Shown piece by piece: positions 1 through 12,107 of a stretch of 64,000 nt of DNA (positions are counted from its first letter, which is position 1; each line of letters starts with the position of its first letter). The position numbers and the translations under genes were made by a program. Origin of the DNA: Planctomycetota bacterium (GTDB lineage Bacteria > Planctomycetota > B15-G4 > SIAN01); NCBI GenBank assembly GCA_031409275.1, contig JANNXA010000045.1:1-64000 (forward strand), written 5' to 3'. The notes below the pieces were generated by a model. It was not told where the DNA came from, ran no database searches, and saw nothing but the letters and a program-made list of their open reading frames with translations.

Positions 1-1427
1 GCCTCGATCTTCGAGAAATCGAGGATGTCGTTCAGGATGGTGAGCAGCGACTCGCCGCTGCTGCGCACCGTGTCGAGATAGTCGCGCTGTCGCGCATCGA
101 GATTCGTCGCCGCCAGCATCTCCACGAACCCGAGCACGCCGTTCATCGGCGTCCGGATCTCGTGGCTCATGTTGGCGAGGAACTCCGACTTCAGCCGTGC
201 CGCTGCCAGCGCTTCATCGCGCGCGCTCTCGAGCGCGCTCGCCACTCGCTTCGCCTCGGTCACGTCCTCGAAGACGTGCAGACGGCCGAGAATGGCGCCG
301 GCAGCGTCGATCACCGGGACCGCTTCCGTGCGCAGGATGCGTCCGTCCGTGAGCCGCAACTCGCCGGCATGCTCGGCCGGCACCACGCCATCGATCCCGC
401 GACCGAGCTTTGGCAACTGCGCCTCGCCCGCCGCTCGATCGTTGCCGAGGCGCTCGATCAGCAATGGCCGCAGGCGCAGATTCCAGTCCAATCCGATCGG
501 ATCGAGGAGCGGACCTTCGAGGTGCCACAGCTGCGCGAAGCGACGGTTCGCGTAGAGGACGCCGCCGTCCGCGGCGCTGATCACCAGCATCGCGACTGGC
601 GAGCACTCCGACATCGCGCGCAGCAGGGTCTCCGTGCGACTGAGCTGCGCGGTGCGCTCCTCGACACTCTTCTCCAGTTCGTCCGAATGGGCGCGCAGCG
701 CGTCGCGCTGAGCGAGGACCTGGGTCGTCATGGAGTCGAACGCGCCCGCCAGCAGCCCGATCTCGTCGTGTCGCTCGAGCCCCATCCTCAGCTCGCGCGG
801 CGTCGCTGCGAAGTCGACGGCGGCGTTGGAGAGCGCGGTGATCGGCGCCGCGATCGAGCGCGCCACGCGGCGAGCGGCCAACGCGCCACCCAGCAGCAGC
901 AGGAGCGAGATCCACGCCGCCCGCCCCATGGCGTGCCGTGCGGCGGCGTCGATCGCGGCGAGCGAGGTCACGGTCTCGAAGGTGCCGAACGGCTCGCCCG
1001 AGATCAGGACCGGCACGTCGACGACCAACTGCTCGCTGCCATCGGCCGCATTCTCGTCACCGACGACTTCGCCGCTCGGCGGCGGGTCGAGCCCCTCGAT
1101 CTGCTGCCCTTCCAGTTCGGGTTCAGAGTGGGCGATGACTCGACCGGCCTTGTCCGTGAAGAGCGCGCGCTGCACGTCGGGATTCTCGTGACAGTAGTTC
1201 GCGACGAACGTGCGCAGCGAGTCGACGTCGTCCCCGGCGAGCGCCTCCGAGCTCGAGAGCGCGACGAGGCGCGCGCTCGATCGAGCCGCGTCCACGAGCG
1301 CGACGCGCAACGTGCGGCATGAGTCGGCGACGATGAGCGCCGTCGGCAGCGCGATCGCCGCGGCCACGAGGGCCAGCACGAGCGCGCTGATGCGCGTCCC
1401 GAGTCGATGACGTCGCGCGATCGGCAT
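1..1427 (-). CDS. Membrane sensor histidine kinase (TM-periplasmic-HAMP-PAS-HisKA), 3' end runs off the window; probably hybrid type
   Basis: Manual minus-strand translation gives [21 protein letters not shown]...[20 protein letters not shown] (HisKA H-box). ATG at 1427 is in frame and followed by a hydrophobic TM segment. Not in the ORF track because it has no stop inside the window. Confidence 0.93.
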   Translation of the reverse strand, partial: MPIARRHRLGTRISALVLALVAAAIALPTALIVADSCRTLRVALVDAARSSARLVALSSSEALAGDDVDSLRTFVANYCHENPDVQRALFTDKAGRVIAHSEPELEGQQIEGLDPPPSGEVVGDENAADGSEQLVVDVPVLISGEPFGTFETVTSLAAIDAAARHAMGRAAWISLLLLLGGALAARRVARSIAAPITALSNAAVDFAATPRELRMGLERHDEIGLLAGAFDSMTTQVLAQRDALRAHSDELEKSVEERTAQLSRTETLLRAMSECSPVAMLVISAADGGVLYANRRFAQLWHLEGPLLDPIGLDWNLRLRPLLIERLGNDRAAGEAQLPKLGRGIDGVVPAEHAGELRLTDGRILRTEAVPVIDAAGAILGRLHVFEDVTEAKRVASALESARDEALAAARLKSEFLANMSHEIRTPMNGVLGFVEMLAATNLDARQRDYLDTVRSSGESLLTILNDILDFSKIE

Positions 1428-1431
1428 CGGG

Positions 1432-2010
1432 CTATTCGCCCGCCGGCAACGCGTAGCCTGGCTCGCCCGGCAGTCTTCCGTCGATGCGCAGCACTTTGAC
1501 GCCCGCGGGCACCTCGGTCGCCAGCACGACGCCGATCGCCCCAGGCGTCTGCTGCACCAGCTTCGCCGCCGCGGAACAGCTCTTCACGACCGTCGGCAAT
1601 GCCGAGATCTGGCCGGCGTAGAGCCTTCCGACCAGGAACTTGCGCAGCGCCTTGTCATCGAGCTCGTACACGCGCTTCAGCACCGACTGCTGCTCGGGCA
1701 CCGTGGCGGGACGCGCCACCAGCACCACGCGCGTCGTCTCGTCCCAGAACTGGCGATCGAGCCGCATCAACTGACGCAGCTGATCGAGATTCAGGTCGCT
1801 TGTCGGGTTGTCCTTGTGGACGATCACCGCCACGAACTCGGGCGGCGGCTTCGGCGGCGGCACCGGCGTCGGCGTCGGTGAAGGCGCTTCGGGCGGCCTG
1901 GCCTGGAGCGTGGCGCTCGCTGCGAGCGGCTCGACTCCGCTCCATGCGAGCAGTGCGGCGACGGCGGCCGTCCGGAACTTGGCGAGAGGTCGATCCATCG
2001 CGTGGCTCAT
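1432..2010 (-). CDS. Exported PstS-like/PBP-fold substrate-binding protein
   Basis: Signal peptide, Pro-rich linker, [13 protein letters not shown] and V..TPGAIG motifs. ATG overlaps the porin stop (TGATG). Confidence 0.72.
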   Translation of the reverse strand: MSHAMDRPLAKFRTAAVAALLAWSGVEPLAASATLQARPPEAPSPTPTPVPPPKPPPEFVAVIVHKDNPTSDLNLDQLRQLMRLDRQFWDETTRVVLVARPATVPEQQSVLKRVYELDDKALRKFLVGRLYAGQISALPTVVKSCSAAAKLVQQTPGAIGVVLATEVPAGVKVLRIDGRLPGEPGYALPAGE

Positions 2011-3269
2011 CACAGGTACCACGAGAACTGGAAGGCGAGCGTCGTCACCGAGCGACGACTCGTCGCCGCTCCCGCTGCCCGCTCCTGGATCGAGCTGCGC
2101 CGCAATTCGAGCTTGAGCGCGGCGCGTTCGCCGAGTTCGCGCCGCACGCCGACCAGCGCCTCGATCCGGTCGAGATCGAGATCCGCGTCGACATAGAAAG
2201 GATCCCCGCGCTCCATCGACAGCAGGTCGAGGCGCGCGTAGGGCGTCCACTCGCCGTCACGGAAACCGACCTGGGCGTAGGCCCCGCGATGGTGGAACGA
2301 GCCGCCGCCGCGATCGTCATGGAGCAGCGTCGCAGCTTCCGCGAGCAGGTTCCACGGGCCGTGGTCGAACTGCACGAACGCGCTCGCGGCCAGCTCCTCT
2401 TCGGCGCGCAGACGGCCCGATCCGGGATCGGCCGGGAACGCGTCGCGCCTCGCCGCGGCGCCGAAGCGCAGTCCGTCGAATGCCGACGGAGCGAGCGAGA
2501 TGGAGAGGTCGAGCGCCTTGGCGCCGTTGTCATCGCCCGTGCGCTGCCGATCCTCTGGCACCGGACCGCGCCCGTTCGAGAGCATCGCCGTCCACTCGAT
2601 CTGGCCAGCCCCGCTCAACTGGCGGCCGCCCGCCTCGAGGCCCGAAACGTGCATCGGCAACGGGCCACCGTCATCCTCGAATCGCGCGAGGAACGGGCGC
2701 TCGATCGTGAGTTCGAGGTACTTGCCGTGGTGCCAGACGCGATTCCAGCGCGAGATCGGCAGGTGCTCGAGGCCAAGCTTGAGGTAGAGCCCGTCGGAGA
2801 AGTTCCACGCGGTCCACAGCCGCTCCGCATCGAACGCGAGCTCGTCGTCGCCGCCTTCGAGGATCACTTCCGCCAGGACGCCGAGCCGGTCGCCGAGCTG
2901 TCCGGTGAGGAAGATGTCGAGCGAGCCGAGCTGGAACGCCGAGCGCCCTGCGCCATCCTCGGGGCGGCTCTGCCATCCGGCACCGTAGTCGCCGAAGAGC
3001 TGCGCGAACCACGTGTTCGCTTCGGCAGCGGTCGACTCCTCCTCGGCATCGCCCGCGTCGTCTGGTTCGCTCTGCAGGAGTTCGTTGAGTCGCGCCTCGA
3101 GCGCATCGTTGCGGCGCTCGAGCGCGTCGAGTCGCTCGTGCAGCGAGTCCTCCGCGGCGTCGGGCGTGGACTGCGCGGTCGCCAGCGGCACGAGTCCGCC
3201 AACGACCAGACTTTGCGCGACGATCATCGCGAAGCGCCCACGAGCAGGCGTCGTCGGAAAGCGACCCAT
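2010..3269 (-). CDS. Outer-membrane porin-like beta-barrel
   Basis: Signal peptide, N-terminal coiled coil, alternating beta-strand pattern, C-terminal aromatic motif AFQFSWYL. Confidence 0.75.
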   Translation of the reverse strand: MGRFPTTPARGRFAMIVAQSLVVGGLVPLATAQSTPDAAEDSLHERLDALERRNDALEARLNELLQSEPDDAGDAEEESTAAEANTWFAQLFGDYGAGWQSRPEDGAGRSAFQLGSLDIFLTGQLGDRLGVLAEVILEGGDDELAFDAERLWTAWNFSDGLYLKLGLEHLPISRWNRVWHHGKYLELTIERPFLARFEDDGGPLPMHVSGLEAGGRQLSGAGQIEWTAMLSNGRGPVPEDRQRTGDDNGAKALDLSISLAPSAFDGLRFGAAARRDAFPADPGSGRLRAEEELAASAFVQFDHGPWNLLAEAATLLHDDRGGGSFHHRGAYAQVGFRDGEWTPYARLDLLSMERGDPFYVDADLDLDRIEALVGVRRELGERAALKLELRRSSIQERAAGAATSRRSVTTLAFQFSWYL

Positions 3270-3315
3270 GAATTCCCCTCGACCGGCGGGCAGCTGCCCA
3301 CGGGACCAAGGGGTC

Positions 3316-3343
3316 GTATCGACGCCGTCGTGGTTCTCCCTGA
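3316..3343 (-). promoter_or_regulatory. Weak sigma28-like promoter candidate upstream of the porin operon
   Basis: Minus strand reads TCAG-N16-GTCGATAC versus consensus TAAA-N15-GCCGATAA; spacing is off by one. Confidence 0.2.
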
Positions 3344-3411
3344 AGCTGAGGACGCGGCCGTCCCGCCGCAGATCCCCCGGGAGGGCCGGGCAGAGCCCGC
3401 GCCCGGCGCGT

Positions 3412-4284
3412 TCAGCTCTTCGCGCCGCGCCGCGGCTTCAGCGTCATCGCCTTGAACGCCTCGATCTGCTTCTTGATGGCGATCTCGGTGGGCAGCCGCT
3501 CGGTCGAGCTCGCGCCGTAGAAGCCGGCGAGGCCGTCGACGCGATCGAGCACGTACTGCGCGTCGTCGGGCATCGCGATCGGGCCGCCGTGGCAGAGGCA
3601 GATCACGTCCTTGCGCACCGCGCGCGACGCGTCGACGATCGCCTGGATGCGCCCGACGCACGAGTCGAGCGTCTTCACCGACTTCGCGCCGATGGTGCCG
3701 CCGCTGGTGCAGCCCATGTGGGCGACGATGAGGTCGGCACCCGCCTTCGTCATCGCGACCGCTTCGTCGGGGTTGAAGGCGTAGGGCGTGGTCAGCAGAT
3801 CGAGTTCATGCGCGCGCCGGACGATGTCGACTTCAAGCCCGAAACCCATGCCGGTCTCTTCGAGCGTCGCGCGCAGCTCGCCTTCGATGAGCCCGACGGT
3901 CGGGAAGTTCTGGATGCCCGCGTAGCCGAGCTCCTTCAGCTCGCGCAGGAACAGGCGCGGGATCATGAAGGGGTCGGTGCCGCAAACTCCGGCGAGCACC
4001 GGCGTGTGGTTCACGACCGGCAGGATCTCGTACGCCATCTCCTTCACGATCTGGTTGGCGTTGCCGTACGGCATGAGCCCGGCCGTCGAGCCGCGCCCCG
4101 CCATGCGATAGCGCCCCGAGTTGTAGACGATCAGCAGATCGATGCCGCCCGCCTCCTCCGACTTGGCGGAGATGCCGGTGCCGGCGCCGCCGCCGACGAT
4201 CGGCTCGCCCTTCGCGATCTGCGCCCGGAAGCGCCGCAGGATGGCCGTGCGAGTCGGGACACCGGTCGGCTTGCGCGTGGCCAT
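3412..4284 (-). CDS. Phosphoenolpyruvate hydrolase-like / TIM-barrel signal transduction family protein
   Basis: [40 protein letters not shown] and GFYGASS motifs. Confidence 0.9.
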   Translation of the reverse strand: MATRKPTGVPTRTAILRRFRAQIAKGEPIVGGGAGTGISAKSEEAGGIDLLIVYNSGRYRMAGRGSTAGLMPYGNANQIVKEMAYEILPVVNHTPVLAGVCGTDPFMIPRLFLRELKELGYAGIQNFPTVGLIEGELRATLEETGMGFGLEVDIVRRAHELDLLTTPYAFNPDEAVAMTKAGADLIVAHMGCTSGGTIGAKSVKTLDSCVGRIQAIVDASRAVRKDVICLCHGGPIAMPDDAQYVLDRVDGLAGFYGASSTERLPTEIAIKKQIEAFKAMTLKPRRGAKS

Positions 4285-4364
4285 GGAAGCGAGATTCCTT
4301 GGAAGCGGGAGTTGGAGATCAGCGAGACGAGTTGAAGTGTGCGAGCGGACCGAGCTCGTTCGCC

Positions 4365-7300
4365 TCAGGGTGACAGCCCTGCGCGAACCGAGGCGATCAG
4401 GAACTGCTGGTAGGCCGGATGACGGTGCGCCGCCTCATCGTGACCGAGCGTGCAGGCGATCACGCGACCTTGGCCGAAGGGATGGCGCCACGCCACCGGA
4501 AATGCCTCCTTGCTGCGACGCGAGCGGCCGCGCAGCAGCACCGTCGTCTTGAAGTCGACTTGCGGCTCGAAGCGGTACAGCTCGTCGGCGACGGTGAAGG
4601 TGGCGGGAACGCTCGACAGAAGCGAATCGCCCGTTGCGACCACTTCCACGTCGAACTCGCCGTACGCCTCGTGGCCATGCGCGCCGCCGCCCACGACGCT
4701 GGCGTTCCACTCCGGCCAATCGGACCAGTTGAACCACGCGGCCGCATGCTGCACGAGGAGCGTGCCGCCCCGCTCGACGAACTGCAGCAGCGCGCGCCGC
4801 AGCGCCGCATCGGGCAGCGGCTGGTTGTTGGCAAGGACGATCACCTTCGCATGGTTCAGCGCAGCCGCGAGCGCCTCGGGGAGCTCGCTGTAGGCGACGC
4901 TGGTGATGCCGGCACCCGCGAGCGTCGCCACGTCGGTCTCACCCCAATGACGAGCGAAGTCGTGGCTCGAGCCGCCGCCGAAGAGGAAGACGTCGTGGTC
5001 CGATGGCGGCGGAGGCGGCGGCGTCGTGGCCGCTTTCGGGGCCCCCTTCTTCTCGGCGGTGATCGCCAGCAGGGTGGGCGCAAAGTGGTTGTCGAAGCTC
5101 TCCAGCACGATCGACGCGACCACCCCGGCTTTCGGTGGCACCAGCGCGTGGTAGCGCACCTGCCCCGCCGACCCGTCGGCGACCAGGCCTGGCACGAACT
5201 CCGAGCCCGGCACGTCGTTGCGCCCGATCCAGTCGGCGAACTCGACGCCGTTGCTCAGGATCGTCTCCGCGCTGGTGCCATCGGCGTAGCGCCAGGTCAC
5301 CTTCAGGATCGGCTCGATCTCGCGGAAGTAGGGCCAGCCCCACGCCGCGATCCCGCCCAGCACGTGCAGCGCCTCGAGCTCCATGCCCACCGCAAGCTCG
5401 ACGCGCTGCGGCATCTTCTTGCTGTCCCAGTCGTCGACGAGACCGCCCTTCAGCACCAGCGCGTTGTGGCCGGAGACCGTCCGCGCCGGATCGAGCAGCT
5501 CGAACGCCACGCCCTTCACGTCGACGATGCCGTAGCGGCGCAGCCGCAGCGGATTGTGGTCGCGACGCGTGTCGTAGAGCCCTTCATGGCCGTTCGCCGA
5601 TGCGACGGTGCGCAGGTCGAGGACGCGCCAGCCCGAAACGCCTCCGCCGAGGTAGGAGATGACGTCGCGCAGCGCCTTGCCGCCCAGCGCCTCGAACCCC
5701 GCCGGCATCGGCGAGCGTCCGCTGTTGCGCAGTTTCGAGAGATCCGCGCGCGCGAACTCGCGATCGCCCTCGGGATTGCGCAGGACCACCGCCTCGGCGG
5801 TCTCGCGTACCAGCACGCCGGTCTCGATGCGGCCATCCTTCAAGTACGCCTGCCATTCGGTGAAGGAGCCCTCGATCACGCGGTTGGGATCGAGGATCAC
5901 CGGCAGCAGGTCCTTGGCGCCGTGGAGCCCCATTCCGGAAAGCTCGGGACCGACCTTGCCACCGGCGCCGTACGCCGTGTGGCACTTCGCGCAGTTGGCC
6001 GTGAAGACGAGCTTGCCGGCCGCTGCATCGCCCGGCTGGTCGACTTCGGGCAGCAGCTGCGCGATCAGCGCGTCGATGGTCGCGTTGGTCGCCGGCAGCG
6101 CCGCCGCCAGCACGCGCTCCGCGCGCTGCGCCGTCGCCGCGTCGGCGTGGCTGCGCAGCCGATGGAGCCGCTGCGGTCCCAGCTCTCGCGCCGATGTCGG
6201 CTTCGCTTCGAGCTGATCGAGCAGCACGGCAGTGAAGCTCGGTCGCGCGATCAGGAGCTCGAAGATCCGCTCGCGCGGCTGCTCCGAGAGGGCGCCGTAC
6301 GCGGCCACCAGCACCTTCGCCGCTGCCGGGTCGTCCGTCGTCGCGAGCGCTGCGATCGCCCCCATCTGCAGGTCGAGCGATGCGGTCGGCGCCAACAGCG
6401 CGGCCGACGCCTCGATCGCCGCGGCGCGACGCGCAGGGATCGAGAGCAGCTTGGCCAGCGCATCGGCACGCGCGGGGGGCGCCATCGCCGCGTCCCGCAG
6501 CGCCGACTCGAGCCGAGCGCCAAGCGCCGCCATCGAATCGCCAAGGCGCGCCGGATCGCCGCTGCGAACCGCCAGCGGCAACGTGGCGAGCGCGACTTCG
6601 ACCTCGCCGCCGAGCAGCACGCGCAGCGCCTTCTCCTGGTCGGGTGCCAGTGCGAGGCGCGCATCCGCCGGCAGCGCCTTGGCCAGCTCCTGCATCGCCG
6701 TCTTCGCCAGGCGCACATCACCGGCCACCGCCGCGATCGACGGCAGCAGCGCCGCCGCCGCCGCCGCACCGCCCGCGCGAACGTGCCGCGCCACCACGTA
6801 GCCGACCAGGTCGGTCAGCGCGCCGCGCTCCTTCGCGCTCGCAACCGCCGCGATCGAAGCGGCCGCATTGCGTGCCGCCGCGCGGACCAGGGCCGTGCGC
6901 GACCAATCGTCCTTGAGCTGCGGCCAGACGGCCAGCAACGCCGACACGATCGGCTCAGAGCTCGGCATGTCGCCCAGCGCCGAGATCAGCAGCAGGCGCC
7001 ACCGTTCGTCCGCAGTCGGCAGCAGCGCCGCGACGCGCTTGGCGATCGCGCCGCCTTCGCTCGATCGACCGTGGAGCGCCGCGAGGCGCGCCGCGCTCTT
7101 CCTCACGCCCGCATCGCGATCGGCGAACAAGGAGTCGAGCGTCGCGCCATCGACGCCGCCGGCGTGCTGCAACGCCCACGCAGCCGCCATGCGTCCGGGC
7201 CCCGTCTTGCCGTTGCGCGCGAGCGCGGCGAGTTCTGGTCGCTGCGCTGCCGCGTTTCGCTCGATCAGCAGCCGCAGCGCCGTCGCGCGCACCCAACGGT

Positions 7301-9308
7301 TCGCATGGTCGAGCGCGGCGACCAGCTCCGCGCCGCTCGCCCCCTCGAGCTTCGGAACCTTGGCGACCTGCGCGTCCCGATGCTGCACACGCCAGATGCG
7401 GCCGTACTGGTGGTCGCGATCGGGGCGCTTGGCGGCGTTGGTCGGGCCATGCGGCGGACCACGCGTGTCGTTGTGCACGACCGCCTGGTTGTAGAAGTCG
7501 AGCACGTAGGCGGCGCCGTCGGGCCCCTCGCGCAGATGGATCGGGCGGAACCAGAGGTCGCGCCCGGCGAGGAACTCCGCTTCGCGCGCCTTGCTGCCGC
7601 GGTAGGTGACGCCGCCCGCGGCGAGCACGTCGTGATGCACGAGGTTCACCGTCGGCTCGGTCACGAAGTGGGCGTTGCGCCACGGCTCCGGCCAGGCACC
7701 GCCGGTGTAGATCATGCAGCCCGCGGCGGCGGTGAAGCCGCCGACGAAGTCGATCTGGACGTAGGCCGGCACCGTCTCGTGCGTGAGCGGGAAGACGCGG
7801 TCGTGGTCGGGCACGTCGGCAAAGCTCTCGACACCACCGACGCGGCCGCCGGCCAGCACCGCCTCGGGCAGGACGACGTGGCGCAGGTGCGCCCCGTTCG
7901 CCATGGTGAAGAAGAGTTCGTCGTCATCGCTCCAGTCGAGCCCCCACGTGTTCGAGCCGTAGGAGCTGACCATCTCGATGGCGCTGCCGTCCGGCATGAA
8001 GCGGAACAGGCCATTGCCGATCGCGCCGTGGTCGACCCCGTCGAGTCCGACGATGTGGCGCGAGGCGCCGCCGCTGTAGCCCTGGGTCGCGTAGATCCAG
8101 CCATCGAGGCCGAAGCGCAGGTTGCTGACGGTGGCGTGGGTGTCGCCGAAGCCGAATCCCTTGAAGAGGACCACCTTCTCGTCCGCCACGTCATCGCCAT
8201 CGCGATCGCGCAGCCAGAGGATCTCCGGTGACGCGCTCACGATGACGCCGTCGCGCCACGGAACCACCGACGTCACCAGGTCGAGACCACCGAAGAAGGT
8301 CTTCTTCGAGTCGGCGCGCCCGTCGCCATCGGCGTCGACGAGGATCGCGATCTCGTCATGCGCGGGGACTCCGGAGAACTGCTCCTTCTCGGGGTAGCCC
8401 GGCGTCAGCGCGACGATGGCACGTCCGCGCGCATCCCATTCGATCGAGATCGGCTTCTCGATCAGCGGTTCGGCGGCCATCAGCGACAGGTCGAACTCGG
8501 GGTGGAGCGCGAGTGCTTCGTGCGCGCGCGCGGGAGCGAGCGGCCCGCCCGGCGGATAGGCGAAGCTGGCGCGCTCGGCGTCGTTCAGGAGGAGGTCGAC
8601 GTCGCGCCGCCCCGCCCACGCGATGCCGCGCAGCACGCTGCCGCGCCAGGCCGGGTTCGAGAAGCTCTCGTGGTAGTGGCCTTGCAGCGAGACGAACGCG
8701 CGATGCGCTTTGCCTTCGAAGGTCCACGCCTGCGGCGCGATGTCGAAGACGGTGTGGAAGCTGTTCGCCAGCACCTTCACGCCGTCGGCGAAGTGAAGCT
8801 CGTAGTAGACCTCGTCGCGCAGGCGGAAGTTGCCGCAGCCCGCGCTGATCGGATGGTGGTGGTCGACGTAGTAGAGATCGATCTCGTCGGTGTGCCACTT
8901 CGAGTGGCCGTGCTCCCACGCACCGCCGATCACCGTCTTCCACCAATGCGGATCGTCGCCACAGACCGAGTCGTGCAGCGCCACGATGCCGCCGCCGCGC
9001 GCCACGAACGCGTCGAGCGCCGCGCGCTCCTCGCCGTGGATCGACCCGCCCTCCGCCGCGTACATCACCAGCACGTCGCTCTGCGCCAGTTCGTCAGCGG
9101 TCGGGAACCGCAGCGCCCCTTTGACGACGGCGCCGCGCTGCGTGAGCAGCGGCGTCCACTCCTCGACCCAGCGCGGATGGTCGTGCTCGCCGGGGCCGTG
9201 GGTCTTCTCGCCGCCGCGCAGGAAGAGGCGCAGCGGTGGCGCTTCCGCGACGGGGGATGCTGAGAACGGGGCCGACAGGCACAGGGCGAGCAGGGTGGCG
9301 GTTGTCAT
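4365..9308 (-). CDS. PVC-type heme-binding CxxCH protein: ThuA - membrane-bound dehydrogenase-like propeller - HEAT repeats - cytochrome c - ThuA
   Basis: Signal peptide [10 protein letters not shown]-terminal ThuA-like domain ([10 protein letters not shown]), [32 protein letters not shown] propeller motifs, CAKCH..VGPELS heme site with SPMP axial Met, C-terminal ThuA (TLGHD). Confidence 0.9.
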   Translation of the reverse strand: MTTATLLALCLSAPFSASPVAEAPPLRLFLRGGEKTHGPGEHDHPRWVEEWTPLLTQRGAVVKGALRFPTADELAQSDVLVMYAAEGGSIHGEERAALDAFVARGGGIVALHDSVCGDDPHWWKTVIGGAWEHGHSKWHTDEIDLYYVDHHHPISAGCGNFRLRDEVYYELHFADGVKVLANSFHTVFDIAPQAWTFEGKAHRAFVSLQGHYHESFSNPAWRGSVLRGIAWAGRRDVDLLLNDAERASFAYPPGGPLAPARAHEALALHPEFDLSLMAAEPLIEKPISIEWDARGRAIVALTPGYPEKEQFSGVPAHDEIAILVDADGDGRADSKKTFFGGLDLVTSVVPWRDGVIVSASPEILWLRDRDGDDVADEKVVLFKGFGFGDTHATVSNLRFGLDGWIYATQGYSGGASRHIVGLDGVDHGAIGNGLFRFMPDGSAIEMVSSYGSNTWGLDWSDDDELFFTMANGAHLRHVVLPEAVLAGGRVGGVESFADVPDHDRVFPLTHETVPAYVQIDFVGGFTAAAGCMIYTGGAWPEPWRNAHFVTEPTVNLVHHDVLAAGGVTYRGSKAREAEFLAGRDLWFRPIHLREGPDGAAYVLDFYNQAVVHNDTRGPPHGPTNAAKRPDRDHQYGRIWRVQHRDAQVAKVPKLEGASGAELVAALDHANRWVRATALRLLIERNAAAQRPELAALARNGKTGPGRMAAAWALQHAGGVDGATLDSLFADRDAGVRKSAARLAALHGRSSEGGAIAKRVAALLPTADERWRLLLISALGDMPSSEPIVSALLAVWPQLKDDWSRTALVRAAARNAAASIAAVASAKERGALTDLVGYVVARHVRAGGAAAAAALLPSIAAVAGDVRLAKTAMQELAKALPADARLALAPDQEKALRVLLGGEVEVALATLPLAVRSGDPARLGDSMAALGARLESALRDAAMAPPARADALAKLLSIPARRAAAIEASAALLAPTASLDLQMGAIAALATTDDPAAAKVLVAAYGALSEQPRERIFELLIARPSFTAVLLDQLEAKPTSARELGPQRLHRLRSHADAATAQRAERVLAAALPATNATIDALIAQLLPEVDQPGDAAAGKLVFTANCAKCHTAYGAGGKVGPELSGMGLHGAKDLLPVILDPNRVIEGSFTEWQAYLKDGRIETGVLVRETAEAVVLRNPEGDREFARADLSKLRNSGRSPMPAGFEALGGKALRDVISYLGGGVSGWRVLDLRTVASANGHEGLYDTRRDHNPLRLRRYGIVDVKGVAFELLDPARTVSGHNALVLKGGLVDDWDSKKMPQRVELAVGMELEALHVLGGIAAWGWPYFREIEPILKVTWRYADGTSAETILSNGVEFADWIGRNDVPGSEFVPGLVADGSAGQVRYHALVPPKAGVVASIVLESFDNHFAPTLLAITAEKKGAPKAATTPPPPPPSDHDVFLFGGGSSHDFARHWGETDVATLAGAGITSVAYSELPEALAAALNHAKVIVLANNQPLPDAALRRALLQFVERGGTLLVQHAAAWFNWSDWPEWNASVVGGGAHGHEAYGEFDVEVVATGDSLLSSVPATFTVADELYRFEPQVDFKTTVLLRGRSRRSKEAFPVAWRHPFGQGRVIACTLGHDEAAHRHPAYQQFLIASVRAGLSP

Positions 9309-9450
9309 CCCGGGAGAAATATCCGCCGCCGCGCCGGCGAGCCACCCGCCGGGCGACACTTTTTTTCCCGAGGCCGCCTCAACAGCGACATCGATTCCAG
9401 TCGACCAGACCTCCACGCCGCGCAGAAACCCGCGGCGAGGAGGCGCTCTG

Positions 9451-11025
9451 ATGACGACTCGTGTGCTCGCCCCGGCTCCGAAGGGGTTCCACGGCGACCG
9501 CTATCTGCTGCGCCTCGTCGACCTGCTAGCGCCGCGCGCCGCGCTGTTCCTCGAAACGGGCGCCAACGTTGGATCGACGCTCGGCTACGTCGCGCGCCGC
9601 TTCCCGCAACTCGAGTGCTTCTCCTGCGAGCCGGACGCCGCCGCCGCCGAGGTCGCGGCCGCCCACGCATGCATCCGGCCGGGCGTGACGCTCGAGCGCA
9701 CCACCTCGCAGGAGATGCTGCGCAAGCTCGATCAGCAGGACCCGGCTCGCTTCGCCCGTCCGTTGCTTGCCTGGCTCGATGCCCACGGTTACGGCTTCGC
9801 CTGGCCGTTGCGCGACGAAGTGCGCTTCCTCACGGAGAAGTTCGCGAGCGGCTTCCTCCTCGTCGACGACTTCCGCGTGCCGCACGACGAACGTTTCGGT
9901 TTCGACGCCTACGCCGACGAGGAGTGCTCGTTCGACTACGTGAAAGCGTCGATCGCGCCGAACGTGGCGTGGCGCCTCTACTACCCCGCCTACTCCGAGC
10001 ACACGTCGCCCTGGCATCCGCTGCGCGGTTGGGGGCTGCTGCAGTTCGGGCCCGAGGCGGCGGCGCTCGATCGACTCGACGCGCTGCTCCCCGACGTCTG
10101 CCTCCACGCCGAGAGCCACGCGCCGCCCGTGCGCGGCGTCGAGTTCCTGCGCCGCGAACTCGCGCGTCATCCCGCACGAGTGGAGTGCTGGAACGAACTG
10201 GGCGCGCGCCTGCTCGAGCAGAAGGATGGCGACGGCGCGCGCCGCGCGTTCGCCGAAGCGCTGCGCCTCGATCCGCGCCACGAAGGGGCGCGCGCGAGCT
10301 GGCGGCAACTCCTCGAAGCGGCGCAGCCGCCCGGCGCGAAACCGCTGCCGATCGCGCCAGGGGCATGGGGCCGCATGGTCCATCGCGATCCCTACTCCGA
10401 CCTGCGCGACCTCTGCACCCTCGCGCACCCCACCATCGTCGACGGCGGCGCCAACCGCGGCGACACCGTGGCGCGACTCCGGGCGCTCTTTCCGGGAGCG
10501 ATGATCCACGCCTTCGAACCGATCCCCGCGCTCGCCGAGGCGGTCCGCACCCGCTTCGCGGCGGACGCCCAGCTGGTGGTGCACAAGTCGGCGCTCACGG
10601 CGAAGCCGGGCAGCGCTCGGCTGAAACGGATGCGTTCCGATCCGACCTCCTCGCTGCTGGCGCCGAGTCGTCTCGCGCAGCGCTATCAGGGTTCGCGCGT
10701 CGATGTGGTCGAGGAACTCGAGGTGCTCGGGCTGCCGCTCGCGGACGCGATCGCGGCGCCGATCGACCTGCTGAAGCTCGACCTCCAGGGCGGCGAGCTC
10801 GACGCGTTGCGCGGTCTCGGCGGCCGCCTGGGTGAAGTGCGCCTGATCCTCGCCGAAGTCGAGTTCGCGCCGCTCTACGACGGGCAGCCGCTCTTCGCCG
10901 ATCTCGACCTGTTCCTGCGCAGCGCCGGTTTCCGGCTGTTCCACCTCTACGACCTTTGGAGCCACCCTGACGGTCAGGTGACCGCCGGCGACGCGCTCTA
11001 CGTGAACGAGCGCTTCTACTCATGA
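9451..11025 (+). CDS. Fusion of a class I methyltransferase-like domain, a TPR and an FkbM-family methyltransferase
   Basis: GAGGAGG RBS before ATG 9451. FLETGANVG...WLDAH...LVDD (MTase 1); WNELG...ALRLDP (TPR); IVDGGANRG, AFEP, LLKLDLQGGE (FkbM). Confidence 0.82.
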   Translation: MTTRVLAPAPKGFHGDRYLLRLVDLLAPRAALFLETGANVGSTLGYVARRFPQLECFSCEPDAAAAEVAAAHACIRPGVTLERTTSQEMLRKLDQQDPARFARPLLAWLDAHGYGFAWPLRDEVRFLTEKFASGFLLVDDFRVPHDERFGFDAYADEECSFDYVKASIAPNVAWRLYYPAYSEHTSPWHPLRGWGLLQFGPEAAALDRLDALLPDVCLHAESHAPPVRGVEFLRRELARHPARVECWNELGARLLEQKDGDGARRAFAEALRLDPRHEGARASWRQLLEAAQPPGAKPLPIAPGAWGRMVHRDPYSDLRDLCTLAHPTIVDGGANRGDTVARLRALFPGAMIHAFEPIPALAEAVRTRFAADAQLVVHKSALTAKPGSARLKRMRSDPTSSLLAPSRLAQRYQGSRVDVVEELEVLGLPLADAIAAPIDLLKLDLQGGELDALRGLGGRLGEVRLILAEVEFAPLYDGQPLFADLDLFLRSAGFRLFHLYDLWSHPDGQVTAGDALYVNERFYS

Positions 11026-12107
11026 CTCGCGCGCTGCTGGTCACTGGATCGAGCGGACTGATCGGCTCGGCGTCGGTCCGCCACTTCGCCGCGCTCGGCT
11101 GGCGCGTCGTCGGCGTCGACAACAACTCGCGGCAGGACTTCTTCGGGCCGGGCGGCGACACGCGACCGACGCTCGCGGCGCTGCAACGCGACGTCGAGTC
11201 GTTCGAGCACGTCGAGCTCGACGTGAGGAACCGCGCCGGCCTCGCGCGCCTGGTGCAGCGCGTGCGACCGCAAGCGATCGTCCACTGCGCGGCGCAACCC
11301 TCCCACGACCTCGCCCGCCACCGACCGTACGACGACTTCGAGACCAATGCGCTCGGCACCTTGAACCTGCTCGAAGCCGCGCGCGCCGGCTGTCCCGATT
11401 CGCCGTTCGTCTTCCTCTCGACCAACAAGGTCTACGGTGACGCGCCGAACGAACGGCCGCTGCTCGACTTGCCGACCCGCTTCGACTACGCGCGTCCCGA
11501 GGACCACCACGGCATCTCGGAGGAGTGCCGCATCGACCGCTCGATGCACAGCCTCTTTGGCGCCTCGAAAGCGGCGGCCGACCTGATGGTGCAGGAGTAC
11601 GGCCGCTGCTTCGGAATGCCGACGGTGTGCTTCCGCGCCGGTTGCATGACCGGCCCGAGCCACGCGGGCGTCGAGCTGCACGGCTTCCTCTCCTACCTCG
11701 TGAAGAGCGCCGTGCGCGGCCGCGAGTACACGATCATCGGCCACGGCGGCAAGCAGGTTCGCGACCAGATCCACGCCCACGATGTCGGCACCGCCATCGA
11801 AGCGTGGCTCGAGAAGCCGAGCGCGGGGGCCGTCTACAACCTCGGCGGCGGCCGCGCGTGCCACGGCTCGGTGCTCGAGTGCCTCGACCTCGTCGACTCG
11901 CTGCTCGGTCGGACGACCCCGCGGCGGCACGAGCCACGCGCGCGCGCCGGCGACCACCAGTGCTACTTGAGCGACACGCGCCGCTTCGAGGCCGACCATC
12001 CGCGGTGGCGTCTCACGCGGACGCTCCCGCAGCTGATCGAGGAGATGGTGCGCGCCGAAGTCGACGCTGCTCAGCCGGCGCTGGCCGCCCTCGCCCCCTC
12101 GCGGTGA
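11022..12107 (+). CDS. NAD-dependent sugar epimerase/dehydratase (CDP-paratose 2-epimerase-like)
   Basis: VTGSSGLIG, HCAAQPSHD, STNKVYG, FGASK, GKQVRDQIH; ATGA overlap with the upstream gene. Confidence 0.9.
   Translation: MTRALLVTGSSGLIGSASVRHFAALGWRVVGVDNNSRQDFFGPGGDTRPTLAALQRDVESFEHVELDVRNRAGLARLVQRVRPQAIVHCAAQPSHDLARHRPYDDFETNALGTLNLLEAARAGCPDSPFVFLSTNKVYGDAPNERPLLDLPTRFDYARPEDHHGISEECRIDRSMHSLFGASKAAADLMVQEYGRCFGMPTVCFRAGCMTGPSHAGVELHGFLSYLVKSAVRGREYTIIGHGGKQVRDQIHAHDVGTAIEAWLEKPSAGAVYNLGGGRACHGSVLECLDLVDSLLGRTTPRRHEPRARAGDHQCYLSDTRRFEADHPRWRLTRTLPQLIEEMVRAEVDAAQPALAALAPSR

Noticed and set aside
162..1322. Long plus-strand ORF, and similar antisense ORFs such as 4419-8231, 34605-37481 and 41565-44957
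   Set aside because: Shadow ORFs opposite motif-bearing genes; expected at this GC content, and they have no recognisable motifs.
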